A stretch of DNA of 41,416 bases, taken from sequence record DRR378314_174; one strand, written 5' to 3'. Position 1 is the first letter of the stretch, and the number at the start of each line of letters is the position of its first letter. The notes beneath the pieces were generated by a model. That model ran no database searches, was not told where the DNA came from, and worked only from the letters and a program-made list of their open reading frames with translations. A program made the position numbers and the translations under genes. Positions 1 to 9,581 of this stretch are shown in pieces.

Positions 1-9
1 ATACGGGAC

Positions 10-50
10 AAAGAAAAACCCCTGACCTGCATGGCAGATCAGGGGTTTTC
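10..50 (-). terminator. Intrinsic terminator after atpF
   Basis: Inverted repeat AAAACCCCTGA...TCAGGGGTTTT, followed on the minus strand by a T-tract, 40 bp after the atpF stop. Confidence 0.8.
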
Positions 51-90
51 GGTGTTCAGGGCCGGGGAGAGGCCGGATGGTGTCCCCGGA

Positions 91-675
91 TCAGCCGAGC
101 GCTTTCTCGATTTCGCGCGCTGCAGATTCGAACTGGTCGACCGCAGTGTCTTCATCGAGCAGGCGGCGGGCCGCCTCTGTCGCAGCGTCGGCAGCGGCGC
201 GGCGAACTTGCTCGGTTGCTTCGGCTTCGGCGCGGGCGATGCGGGCTTCGGCCTGCGCTTCACGGCGGGCGAGGCGTTCTGCAATGTCCTTGCGGGCCTC
301 TTCCATGATGCGCTTGGCGTCTTCCTTGGCCTGGGCGATCATCGCTTCGGCTTCCTTGTCGGCATCCTGCTGGCGACGCTCAGCCAGAGCGAGGGTTTCA
401 GCAGCCTGCTCACGAAGGTTCTGGGCTTCGTCCAGCTCGTTGCGGATGTCATCCGCGCGCTTGTCGAGACCGCTGGTGATGGCCTTCAAGGCGCCCATGC
501 GCCAGGCAATCAGCAGGAAGACGGCAAGCGCCAGGAATGCGGTATGCGTGACCGGATCGGTCAGCGAATACATCAGGCCGCCAACGAACCCGCCGCCATG
601 CGAATCGGACGCCGCAAAGGCGGGCGATGCGGCCAGCGCGGCCAGGGTCAGGGCAGGGACAAGACGAAGGGTCAT
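91..675 (-). CDS. atpF: F0F1 ATP synthase subunit b
   Basis: One TM helix followed by an Ala/Glu/Arg coiled coil (LDKRADDIRNELDEA); last gene of the F0 operon; signal-peptide-like N-terminus. Confidence 0.9.
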   Translation of the reverse strand: MTLRLVPALTLAALAASPAFAASDSHGGGFVGGLMYSLTDPVTHTAFLALAVFLLIAWRMGALKAITSGLDKRADDIRNELDEAQNLREQAAETLALAERRQQDADKEAEAMIAQAKEDAKRIMEEARKDIAERLARREAQAEARIARAEAEATEQVRRAAADAATEAARRLLDEDTAVDQFESAAREIEKALG

Positions 676-686
676 CTGCGTGTCTC

Positions 687-1226
687 TTAGTTCAGCGCCG
701 CCGAAACGGCTTTCTTGAGGTCTGCTGCCGACGCTTTCAGCCCGAAACGGCTGGTCATGGCGTCCGCGGCATCCACGGCAATCTGTTCGACGTTCTGCAT
801 GGCGTTTGCGCGCAGGGCGGAGATCCGCTCTTCGGCAGCGTCCAGCTTCTTTTCGATCTCGGCATCGACCCGAGCGGTTTCAGCCGTCATTTCGGCTTCG
901 ACCTTGGCGGTGGCCTTGTTCGCGGTTTCGCGAGCCTTGGCCTTCGCCTGAGCGATGCGCAGTTCGAGCGCCTGCTGGGCCTCTTCGGCCTGCTCGTTCA
1001 GTTTTGCAGCCTGGTCGAGGTCAGATGCGATCCGGTCAGACCGTTTTTCGATCGTGTCCGACATCTTCGGCAGGATGAAGCGCGAGAGGGAGAAGTACAG
1101 GACCGCGAATAGGATCGCGAGCCAGAACAACTGGCCCGGCATATGCCATGCCTCGAAAGGCGGGAATGGCGGCGGGGCGTCATCCGGCAGGTGATGGGCA
1201 GTTTCCGCTAGCAGGGCGAGCAGCAT
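687..1226 (-). CDS. F0F1 ATP synthase subunit b' (AtpG/AtpF2)
   Basis: PPF...GQLFWLAILFAVLY...ILPK...R..RI..DL motif typical of b'; operon context. Confidence 0.9.
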   Translation of the reverse strand: MLLALLAETAHHLPDDAPPPFPPFEAWHMPGQLFWLAILFAVLYFSLSRFILPKMSDTIEKRSDRIASDLDQAAKLNEQAEEAQQALELRIAQAKAKARETANKATAKVEAEMTAETARVDAEIEKKLDAAEERISALRANAMQNVEQIAVDAADAMTSRFGLKASAADLKKAVSAALN

Positions 1227-1259
1227 TTCAATACCTCTGGTGCAGCATCAGGCTGGATC

Positions 1260-1289
1260 GGGCCGGAGACGTTTACATCCCCCGGCCCG
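1260..1289. other. GC-rich stem-loop between atpE and b' (possible mRNA stabiliser or partial terminator)
   Basis: CGGGCCGG...CCGGCCCG inverted repeat in the intergenic gap. Confidence 0.5.
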
Positions 1290-1312
1290 TTCTTGGCGTG
1301 TTCGAGTTGGTC

Positions 1313-1549
1313 TTAGACCACGAACAGGATCAGGACGGCCACGAGGAACGACAGGATGCCGAGTGCCTCTGCGAGAGCCATACCGATGAAGAGGTTACCA
1401 GTCTGCTGTGGAGCAGCGGACGGGTTGCGCATGGCAGCGTCGAGGAACGAGCTGAAGATGTTGCCCACACCGATTGCGGCACCGATCATGCCGAGCGTTG
1501 CGAGGCCAGCGCCTACGTATTTCAGACCGAGAGCGATATCGCCTTCCAT
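1313..1549 (-). CDS. atpE: F0F1 ATP synthase subunit c
   Basis: 78 aa hydrophobic hairpin, GAAIGVG, RNP loop, conserved Glu (ALAEAL). Confidence 0.97.
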   Translation of the reverse strand: MEGDIALGLKYVGAGLATLGMIGAAIGVGNIFSSFLDAAMRNPSAAPQQTGNLFIGMALAEALGILSFLVAVLILFVV

Positions 1550-1666
1550 GGGTAGTCTCCTGTTTGGAATGCAAGGGTTTCAGTATTTTGCGGCCCGTGA
1601 AGCGTGTTCGTTAGGCTGCGTCAAGGTTTTTAGTGTGCGCCGGGGCCCACACTGGCGAAGGGGTCC

Positions 1667-2449
1667 TTAGTGTGACGGGTGCAGTGCGTCGTTCAGGTAA
1701 ACGCAGGTCAGGATTGCGAAAACATAGGCCTGAAGACCTGCCACAAGAAGCTCGAGCGCGTTGAGCGCAACCCCCATGCCGAAGGCCAGCAGACCCACAA
1801 CACCCATGAACACCGCGCCGGACAGGGCCGCGCCGATGAGCTGGGCTGCAAAGGTTGCAAACAGTTTCAGCATGATGTGACCGGCCAGCATGTTGGCGAA
1901 CAGACGCAGCGCCAGCGTGACCGGACGGGCCAGGAAGGAAATGATCTCGATCGGGACGAGGATGAGATAGATCAGGAACGGTGCGCCGGACGGGGCAAAC
2001 AGCTTGAAGAAGCTGAGGCCGTTCTTCCAGATGCCGAAACCGATGACGATGGAAATGACGAGCATGGCCAAGGCGCCGGTGACAACCAGGTGGCTGGTCG
2101 TTGTGAAGGCGTATGGCACCATGCCGATCATGTTCGCGAAGAAGACGAAGAAGAAGAGCGTGAAGACGAACGGGAAGAAGCGCAGGCCTTCTTCGCCAGC
2201 CGTGGAGCGGACCATGTCCGCCACGAAGCCGTAGCCGATCTCGGCCATGGACTGGGTGCGGCCCGGTACGAGCGCTTTCTTGGAGGCGGCATAGCCGAAG
2301 AAGGCAATGCACAGAACCACGCCGAGCAGCATGAAGCCGGACGCGTTGGTGAAGGAAATGTCCACGCCGCCAATGCTCAGGTCCAGCCACTTCGTGACCT
2401 GGAACTGGTGGATCGGATCAATCGCGGTGTTTTGCAGAGCGAAGTTCAT
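1667..2449 (-). CDS. atpB: F0F1 ATP synthase subunit a
   Basis: DPIHQF, RPVTLALRLFANMLAGH, LQAYVFAILTCVYL motifs. Confidence 0.97.
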   Translation of the reverse strand: MNFALQNTAIDPIHQFQVTKWLDLSIGGVDISFTNASGFMLLGVVLCIAFFGYAASKKALVPGRTQSMAEIGYGFVADMVRSTAGEEGLRFFPFVFTLFFFVFFANMIGMVPYAFTTTSHLVVTGALAMLVISIVIGFGIWKNGLSFFKLFAPSGAPFLIYLILVPIEIISFLARPVTLALRLFANMLAGHIMLKLFATFAAQLIGAALSGAVFMGVVGLLAFGMGVALNALELLVAGLQAYVFAILTCVYLNDALHPSH

Positions 2450-2802
2450 TCGTTCCCGGTCCCGTCTGTTGGAGCCTCCGGCTCCTCTAAGTGTCCTTGC
2501 GCCCGGGCATTCAGTTCCCGATAAGCGCGCATCATCGCTCGAATACCTGCTGCGAAGCCGAAAGTCCCGACAATCAACAGGCCCCAGGGCTTTGTTCCTG
2601 CGAATGCGTCAATCCAGAAACCAATCAGGCCTCCGACAAAGATGCAGGCGACAAACTCCGCGCCATATCGCAGGGCATAGGCCCCGGCCGAAAGACTTCC
2701 ATCATCTGGTTCAAGCTTGCGCTTGGCTGCCTCTTTTGCCGCTCGGGCCGCCTGAGCCTTGGCGATGCGTTCACCGAGGTCGTTCGGGCCTTCACTGGAC
2801 AT
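2446..2802 (-). CDS. atpI: AtpI/AtpZ family ATP synthase accessory protein
   Basis: Two TM helices (GGLIGFWID...PWGLL..GFAAG); 4-nt overlap with atpB; start placed at ATG 2802. Confidence 0.85.
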   Translation of the reverse strand: MSSEGPNDLGERIAKAQAARAAKEAAKRKLEPDDGSLSAGAYALRYGAEFVACIFVGGLIGFWIDAFAGTKPWGLLIVGTFGFAAGIRAMMRAYRELNARAQGHLEEPEAPTDGTGNE

Positions 2803-2863
2803 GATATGACAAGCTTCGCGCGTGCGAATCCCTTCTGATGGGGTGCCCCCCGGATTTCGGCGC

Positions 2864-2892
2864 AAACTATGTATACGGGGCGGGCAAGTCAA
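2864..2892 (-). promoter_or_regulatory. Candidate sigma70 promoter of the atp F0 operon
   Basis: Minus strand TTGACT-N17-TAGTTT about 60 bp upstream of atpI. Confidence 0.6.
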
Positions 2893-2951
2893 CCGCGATT
2901 GCAGAAAGCTAGACGCCTGATTTTATTGAGTTTCTATTGTGCAGGTGTGCG

Positions 2952-5900
2952 CTACTCCGCCGCAACAAGCTCTTCGGCTGCCTGAAGGTCCACGGAAACC
3001 AGCTTGGAAACGCCTTTTTCGCGCATCGTGACGCCGAAAAGACGGTCCATCCGGCTCATCGTGACCGGATTGTGCGTGATCACCACAAAGCGCGTATCGG
3101 TACGCTGGCGCATCTCGTTCAGCATGTTGCAGAAGCGGTCGACATTGGCGTCGTCCAGCGGAGCGTCCACCTCGTCCAGCACGCAGATCGGGGCAGGGCG
3201 GGACAGGAAGACCGCAAAGATCAGCGCTGCCGCTGTCAGGGCCTGCTCTCCGCCCGACATCAGGTTCAGCGTGCCGAGCTTCTTGCCGGGCGGCTGGGCC
3301 ATGATTTCGAGTCCCGCCTGAAGGGGGTCGTCCGCATCGACGAGGCGCAGCTCGGCCTGCCCGCCGCGGAACAGGGCCGTGAACAGTGCCTTGAAGTGCT
3401 CATTCACGGTCTCGAACGCGGTCAGCAGGCGTTCGCGGCCTTCGGCGTTCAGCTTGTCGACGCCCTGGCGCAGCTTGGCGATGGCCGCGATCAGGTCTTC
3501 CTTCTCGGTGACCTGTGAGCCGAGGCGTTCTTCCAGCTCTGCGGCCTCTTCCTCGGCATTCATGTTCACGCCGCCGAGTTGGTCTCGCGTGCGGCGCAGT
3601 TCGTCGGCCTTGCGCTCTGCGTCGCGCGGGGAGAATTCGCCCATCTCTTCTTCGTCGAGGCCCGCTTCGGCAATCGCCAGCAGGCCTTCGGGCGTGCGCT
3701 GGAAATTGTTGCGGGCGATCTCGACCGATTCTTCGAGACGGCCTTCGGCGTTTTCGAGCTTTACTTTCCAGCCAGCCAGATTCTCGCGCGCTTCAGAGGC
3801 TTCATTGGCGGCGCGGCGGGCGGCCTGTTCGGCTTCGCGGATCGCGGTTTCTTTTTGGGCCAGCTGGTCAGCGACGCGCTTGCGCTCTGTTTCCAGCGTT
3901 TCGACCTCATTGCTGCGGGTCTCGATCTCGCTGGCGAGTTCTTCCGGGCGCGCCTTGGCGGCGAGCGCTTCGGAGGCTGCGGATTTGCGGCGCTCGATCA
4001 GGCGGCCAACGCGTTCCTCGGCTGAGGCGATGCGGCCAGACCAGGTCTTGATGTCCCGCTCCAATCCCTCGCGCCGGGCAGCGGCCTGTTCCCGGCCACG
4101 GGTGATGTCGGTCAGGCGGCCACGCGCTTCGACCTCTTCGGTGCGGGCCTCGGCTACCATTGTCCGTGCTTCCGCGAGGCGGCCCTCCAGCGCACTTTCA
4201 TCCTCTGCCGGGCCTTCAGGGGAGATCATGGCCAGCGTTTCATTGACGATGGCAAGGTCTGATTCGGCGCGGGTCAGCGCTTCGCCGCTGGTGTCGCGCT
4301 TCATCGCCGCGCGTTCAGAGGCCTGCGCCTCCTGCGAGACGCGATTGCGGGCTTCGCTCAGCGCCCGCTGGGCCGGGGCAATTGCCTGACGCAGGTCGCG
4401 CAGATTCGTTTCGGCGGCCTGACGGGCCTCGCGCGCCGCGACCCATTCGGCTTCGCGCACTTGATAAGTTTCGGTCAGCGGGCCAAGCTCGGCTTCGGCC
4501 GCTTCCAGTCGGGCCTGCTGCTCCAGACGGGCGGCGGCGCTGACGGGGGCATCCGGCGTGCGGATATAGCCATCCCAGCGCCAGAGATGGCCTTCGACCG
4601 AAACGAGGCGCTGGCCCGGCTTCAGCTCAGCCATCAGGCGCTCACCATCCGCCACATCCACCGCGCCACACTGGGCAAGGCGCGCGGCCAGTTCGCCGGG
4701 GGCTTCGGTTACGTCCGTCAGCGGGCGTGCGCCATCTGGCAGGGTTTGTCCGGCGAGAGAGGCTCCGCCCCAGAACATGGCCGCGGACCGGTCTGTCGGC
4801 GCTTCGATGTCATCCCCAAGGGCGGCGGCGATAGCCTTTTCGTATCCATCCTGCGTGCGGATGCGCTCCACGACCGGCGGGGCCTTGGGGCCTTCCGCCT
4901 TGCGGAGCAATTTGCGCAAGCCGGCAATCTCGGCTTCCAGCGCGCGAACTTCCTGTTGCGCTGAGTCCCGTGGGGGTTGGGCGGCAGTCTCTGCGTCACG
5001 GGTTTCGGCCAGCTTCGCTTCTGCGGCCTCTACGGCGCGTTCCGCCTCGTGCAGCGCCGTTTCGGCAGATTGCTCAGCCGTCTTGGCGTCTCTCAAACGG
5101 GAGGTGAGGGTCACCACGTCTTCGATGCGGGACATTTCGCCCTTGAGGCGGTCGATCTCTGCGGTCAGTTGCGACTGGCGACGACGCTGGGCGGCGGCAT
5201 TCTCTTCAGACGCGCGGCGTTGGGCGCGGACCTGTGCCAAACGTTCTTGCGCTTCGTCGGCAGTCTTTTCAGCTTCGGCGAGGCGCATGCGGGCATTTTC
5301 CAGCGCACGGCGCGTTTCGGCCTCAATCTCTTCATTGCGGGCTTCGTCCAGCACCGGCAGGGAGGAGAGTTCGAACTTCGCATGGGCCAGCGCGTCTTCA
5401 GCTTCCAGCTTCTGGTCCTGTTCGCGCTCGATGTCTTCCATCAGGCGGGTCGCTTCGGCGTCGAGACGCTGATGCGTTTCGGCGGCGATTTTGCGCTCGG
5501 TTTCCAGTTTCGCCAGCGTGATCCGGGCCTGGCCCAGCTTGGCGGCGGCGATGCTCTCGGCTTCGCGCAGCGGGTTCAGGCCCTCGCTGGCCTCGATGCG
5601 CTCACGCTCGCGCACGGCATCTTCGCGGGTTTTCTCTTCAACGGCGCGGCGGGCGTCTTCCAGCTGGGTGCGGGCGGTGTCGCAGGCGAGCTTGGCCTCG
5701 TGCCAGCGCAAGTGTGCGATCAGCGCGTCGAGGGCATGGATTTCTTCGGACAGGCGCTTGTAGCGGCGCGCCTTTGCGGCCTGCCGCTTCAGGCTTGCCA
5801 GCTGACGTTCGACCTCGGCGGAAACTTCGGACAGGCGCTCCAGATTGGTCTCTGCGCCATTCAGCTTCAGCTCAGCCTCGTGACGGCGGGAGTTGAGACC

Positions 5901-6413
5901 CGCAATGCCAGCCGCCTCTTCGAGGATGCGGCGGCGGTTCTGGGGCTTGGAGCCAATGAGTTCGGAGATCTGACCCTGACGCACCAGCGCCGGGGAGTTC
6001 GCCCCGGTGGAGGCATCCGCGAACAGGAGCTGGATGTCCTTGCCGCGCACGGTGCGCCCATTGAGCTTGTAGGTGGAACCCGCACCGCGCTTCAGGCGGC
6101 GGATGATCTCCAGCGTGTCGGAGGCATTGAATTCCGGTGGCGCGGTGCGCTTGGAATTGTCCAGCACCAGCGTGACTTCCGCCGTTTCGCGGGCCGGGCG
6201 ACCGTCTGCACCTGAGAAGATCAGGTCATCCATCTCGCCACCACGCATGGCGCGGGCAGAGCTGGCGCCCATCGCCCAGCGCAGGGCTTCAAGTAGATTG
6301 GACTTGCCGCAGCCATTCGGGCCGACGATCCCGGTCAGGCCGGGTTCGATCGGCACATCCTGAGGGTCCACGAAGGACTTGAAGCCAGCGATACGGAGTT
6401 CGGTTATCTGCAT
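2952..6413 (-). CDS. smc: Chromosome segregation protein SMC
   Basis: GFKSF, Walker A GPNGCGKSN, long coiled coils with hinge, signature SGGEQ, Walker B VLDEVDAPLD. Confidence 0.97.
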   Translation of the reverse strand: MQITELRIAGFKSFVDPQDVPIEPGLTGIVGPNGCGKSNLLEALRWAMGASSARAMRGGEMDDLIFSGADGRPARETAEVTLVLDNSKRTAPPEFNASDTLEIIRRLKRGAGSTYKLNGRTVRGKDIQLLFADASTGANSPALVRQGQISELIGSKPQNRRRILEEAAGIAGLNSRRHEAELKLNGAETNLERLSEVSAEVERQLASLKRQAAKARRYKRLSEEIHALDALIAHLRWHEAKLACDTARTQLEDARRAVEEKTREDAVRERERIEASEGLNPLREAESIAAAKLGQARITLAKLETERKIAAETHQRLDAEATRLMEDIEREQDQKLEAEDALAHAKFELSSLPVLDEARNEEIEAETRRALENARMRLAEAEKTADEAQERLAQVRAQRRASEENAAAQRRRQSQLTAEIDRLKGEMSRIEDVVTLTSRLRDAKTAEQSAETALHEAERAVEAAEAKLAETRDAETAAQPPRDSAQQEVRALEAEIAGLRKLLRKAEGPKAPPVVERIRTQDGYEKAIAAALGDDIEAPTDRSAAMFWGGASLAGQTLPDGARPLTDVTEAPGELAARLAQCGAVDVADGERLMAELKPGQRLVSVEGHLWRWDGYIRTPDAPVSAAARLEQQARLEAAEAELGPLTETYQVREAEWVAAREARQAAETNLRDLRQAIAPAQRALSEARNRVSQEAQASERAAMKRDTSGEALTRAESDLAIVNETLAMISPEGPAEDESALEGRLAEARTMVAEARTEEVEARGRLTDITRGREQAAARREGLERDIKTWSGRIASAEERVGRLIERRKSAASEALAAKARPEELASEIETRSNEVETLETERKRVADQLAQKETAIREAEQAARRAANEASEARENLAGWKVKLENAEGRLEESVEIARNNFQRTPEGLLAIAEAGLDEEEMGEFSPRDAERKADELRRTRDQLGGVNMNAEEEAAELEERLGSQVTEKEDLIAAIAKLRQGVDKLNAEGRERLLTAFETVNEHFKALFTALFRGGQAELRLVDADDPLQAGLEIMAQPPGKKLGTLNLMSGGEQALTAAALIFAVFLSRPAPICVLDEVDAPLDDANVDRFCNMLNEMRQRTDTRFVVITHNPVTMSRMDRLFGVTMREKGVSKLVSVDLQAAEELVAAE

Positions 6414-6431
6414 GCTGGCTCCCCCATATCC

Positions 6432-7094
6432 TTATTCGCCTGCAGCCTCGAGTGCGGCGTCCAGTGCGGCAGTGACCTTCTCGGCAGAGTTCATGTTGGC
6501 GAACTGGTGCACTTCACCATTGATGATGAAGGTCGGGGTGCCGGTCACGCCATAGGCTTCTGCGGTCTGGTACACATCCGCCATCTGCTCGCGCAGCTCG
6601 CGATTGTTCATGCAGGCATCAAAATCAGCTTCGGATTCAATGCCGTGGCGCTGTCCGATGGTTTGCAACATGGCTTTCAGAACGCCATTCTGGGCCGATT
6701 CAACGATGCCGGACTGGTATTCGAAAAGCTCGTCCAGAACGTCGAAATACTTGTCTTCGCCCGCGCACATTGCCACGAGGTAGGCAGGCACGTCCGGCCC
6801 GTGGATCGGGTATTCGCGGAATACGAACTTTACCTTGCCGGTGTCGACATAGTCTGACTGAACGACCGGGCTGATGTCATCATGCCAGTATTTACAGGCC
6901 GGGCAGGTCGGGGACGCGTATTCGATCAGCGTGACCGGCGCATCGGCATTGCCCTTCACATGGCCCAGTTCGCTACCGGCGCTTACCGTGCCGCCTGCCG
7001 GCGTGTTGGCCGCGCCGGAGTCACCGCAGGCAGCCAGGGCCAGCGCCGAGAGTGCGGCAAGCGCAGTGCGTCGTGAGAAGATGTTCATGGTCAT
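6432..7094 (-). CDS. DsbA-family (thioredoxin_4) lipoprotein
   Basis: Lipobox LAAC, EYASPTCPAC, GTPTF cis-Pro loop. Confidence 0.9.
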   Translation of the reverse strand: MTMNIFSRRTALAALSALALAACGDSGAANTPAGGTVSAGSELGHVKGNADAPVTLIEYASPTCPACKYWHDDISPVVQSDYVDTGKVKFVFREYPIHGPDVPAYLVAMCAGEDKYFDVLDELFEYQSGIVESAQNGVLKAMLQTIGQRHGIESEADFDACMNNRELREQMADVYQTAEAYGVTGTPTFIINGEVHQFANMNSAEKVTAALDAALEAAGE

Positions 7095-7162
7095 AACCTT
7101 CGCGTTAAGAATTGAGTCGGTTAGGTTGCCAATTGGTTAACTGCAACCCCGGTGTCTGTTAA

Positions 7163-7798
7163 CTATTCTGCCTGCTCGGCAGGCGTTTCGGAAAGCGCGG
7201 CCAGCTGGTCATCCAGAAAGGCGGCGAAAGCGTCGGCGGATTTGAAATCCTCATCGACATATTTCTCCTCGCCATTCACGATCAGGGTGGGCGTACCGCG
7301 CAATTCGTAGAGTTCGGTGGTTTCCTGCACTTCGATCATGTCGAGGCGGATATCCATGTCCTCGTAGCAGGCCTCGAACTCGGCCTGTGTGTTGATGCCG
7401 AACTCCGCGCCAATATCGAGGAAAGTGTCGAGCACTTTGCCGGCCTGCGCGGATTTGATGATCTCCGGCTGTTTCTCAAAAATCGCATTTGTGATCGCGA
7501 AGAATTTGTCAGACCCCTTGCAGCGCGCCATGGCGATGAGGGCCGTATCCACATCGTTGCGCAGCGCTTCGCGGAAGATGAAGCGGACCTTGCCGGTCTC
7601 GATATAATCCTGCTCGACGCGCGGCATGATCTTGTCGTGGAAGAATTTGCATCCGCCGCAGGTGACCGAGCCATACTCGATCAGCGTGATGGGCGCGTCT
7701 TCCGACCCCTTTGAGTGCCCGATCAACAGATCATCCGCGAGCGCAGGCAGGGCAAGCGCGGCGGCAGAAATGAGGGCGGTCAGAAGGGGTTTCAGCAT
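7163..7798 (-). CDS. DsbA-family (thioredoxin_4) periplasmic protein
   Basis: Signal peptide ending ALA, EYGSVTCGGC, GTPTL. Confidence 0.88.
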   Translation of the reverse strand: MLKPLLTALISAAALALPALADDLLIGHSKGSEDAPITLIEYGSVTCGGCKFFHDKIMPRVEQDYIETGKVRFIFREALRNDVDTALIAMARCKGSDKFFAITNAIFEKQPEIIKSAQAGKVLDTFLDIGAEFGINTQAEFEACYEDMDIRLDMIEVQETTELYELRGTPTLIVNGEEKYVDEDFKSADAFAAFLDDQLAALSETPAEQAE

Positions 7799-7828
7799 GT
7801 CGGGGCTCCTTGCAGGCAGCGCGGATGT

Positions 7829-8410
7829 CTAAAAGGGCAGGTCACCGCCTGTACCGAACGTGTCGGCGGGCGGCGTGTCTTCAGCGGTTAGCATGGCCTC
7901 TCCAAGCGCAACAATTGCGGCGCGCAGCTTGTCGTCCTGGATGCGGGCGGCGGATTCCTGCAGTGCCTCACGCTCGGCGCGGGTCAGGGGGCGTGTCTTG
8001 CGGCGCATCGGCTTGGCAGGCTCGTTTCCGAGTGCGCCCTGCTTGATCTTGATCGCGGTGATGTCACCCCCGGCAGAGACCGAGACACGCTGGCGCAGCG
8101 TTTCGGACTGGTGCTGCACCATCGGCGCGGCCTGGGGCACGACGAGCAGGGTGAGCACGCGGCCATCCTTGCCGCCACTGAGTCGTTCCGGGCGGCAGTA
8201 TTTGTAGAGTTGCTCCCCGGCAATCTCGCGCCAGCGCTGGCGGAGGATCTGGATGGGGGGAAGTTTCTTGGCGCCGGACTTGCGCCCGATCCGCTCTGCC
8301 GACAGGCCGATCTGGCGCATGCCCGGATGGGCGCGCGTCGCCCGCTGGAAGCGAAGGCGAATCCGCGCGCGGGCTTCCTCAATGGGATCAAGACTTGATC
8401 TCGTGACCAT
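7829..8410 (-). CDS. DUF721/DciA-family protein (helicase loader-like)
   Basis: W.EIAG..L...CRPE.L...VL.L.V...AP..QH....L..R pattern; divergent from mutY; start placed at ATG 8410. Confidence 0.75.
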   Translation of the reverse strand: MVTRSSLDPIEEARARIRLRFQRATRAHPGMRQIGLSAERIGRKSGAKKLPPIQILRQRWREIAGEQLYKYCRPERLSGGKDGRVLTLLVVPQAAPMVQHQSETLRQRVSVSAGGDITAIKIKQGALGNEPAKPMRRKTRPLTRAEREALQESAARIQDDKLRAAIVALGEAMLTAEDTPPADTFGTGGDLPF

Positions 8411-8448
8411 TCGCACGAGATTGCACGGCTTTCGGGCGAGGAAAAGGC

Positions 8449-9498
8449 ATGGCGCCGGCAAAGCACAGAGATTTGAACAGCCTGCCGGGCAAATTGCTGC
8501 CCTGGTTCGAGCGGCATGCGCGCGATTTGCCGTGGCGGACGCTGCCGGCTGACCGCGCCGTGGGAGAGCGGCCCGACCCTTACCGCGTCTGGCTATGCGA
8601 GATCATGATGCAGCAGACCACCATCCCGCACGGCACGCCATACTTCCACGCCTTCACGGAGCGCTGGCCAAGTGTCGAGGCGCTGGCGGCGGCGAAGGAT
8701 GAAGACGTGATGAGCGCATGGGCCGGGCTTGGCTATTATGCGCGGGCGCGGAACCTCCTGAAATGCGCGCGTGAAGTAACGGCGCGCGGCGGATTTCCGG
8801 AAACCGAGGCAGAGCTGCGCAAGTTGCCGGGCATCGGGCCATATACGGCGGGCGCGATTGCGGCGATTGCCTTCGATCAGAAAGCCGCAGCGGTGGATGG
8901 CAATGTCGACCGTGTGTTCGCGCGCCTGCTGGCCCTGAAGGGCGAATGGGCGGCAGAAAAGAAAGTGATCGCGGAAACCGTCCGCGCGCTGGTGCCGGAA
9001 GATCGGCCCGGAGAGTTCGCCGAAGCGCTGATGGACCTTGGCGCGACCGTCTGCACGCCGACCAAGCCGAACTGCCTGATCTGCCCCGTCTCAGACCTTT
9101 GCGCCGCTCGGGCCGAAGGGGAACCGGAGCGCTATCCCATCAAGCCTGCCAAAGTGGCCAAGCCTGTGCGCTACGGAACGGCCTATGTGCTGCGTGTGAA
9201 GGATCAGGTCCTGCTGGTCCGGCGCCCGGATAAGGGCCTGCTGGGCGGCATGCTCGCCCTGCCAACGGAAGACTGGGTGGAAGGCGGCTTTGCCGAAACC
9301 CGACCCCCGGCAACGGCAGAGTGGGAAGACATTGGCGAAGTGCGCCATGTCTTCACGCATTTCGCGCTGCGCTTTCGCGTGATGCGGGCCGAAACCGCAC
9401 GCAAACCGAAGATCCCCGGCGCGATCTGGACCAATGCCAACGCCGTCGAAGGCCTGCCCAGCGTCTTCGAAAAAGCCTACAAACTCGCTTTGAAGTAG
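8449..9498 (+). CDS. mutY: A/G-specific adenine glycosylase
   Basis: RDLPWR, EIMMQQT, WAGLGYYARARNL, HhH LPGIGPYTA, VDGNV, CX6CX2CX5C, NUDIX-like C-terminus. Confidence 0.96.
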   Translation: MAPAKHRDLNSLPGKLLPWFERHARDLPWRTLPADRAVGERPDPYRVWLCEIMMQQTTIPHGTPYFHAFTERWPSVEALAAAKDEDVMSAWAGLGYYARARNLLKCAREVTARGGFPETEAELRKLPGIGPYTAGAIAAIAFDQKAAAVDGNVDRVFARLLALKGEWAAEKKVIAETVRALVPEDRPGEFAEALMDLGATVCTPTKPNCLICPVSDLCAARAEGEPERYPIKPAKVAKPVRYGTAYVLRVKDQVLLVRRPDKGLLGGMLALPTEDWVEGGFAETRPPATAEWEDIGEVRHVFTHFALRFRVMRAETARKPKIPGAIWTNANAVEGLPSVFEKAYKLALK

Positions 9499-9581
9499 GT
9501 CTCGCAAGTTACCGCTAACACTGGACAAGGCTGTCGGGTTTGGGGAATGTCGCTTCAAACAAAGAGGGCGGAGGCGGATTC

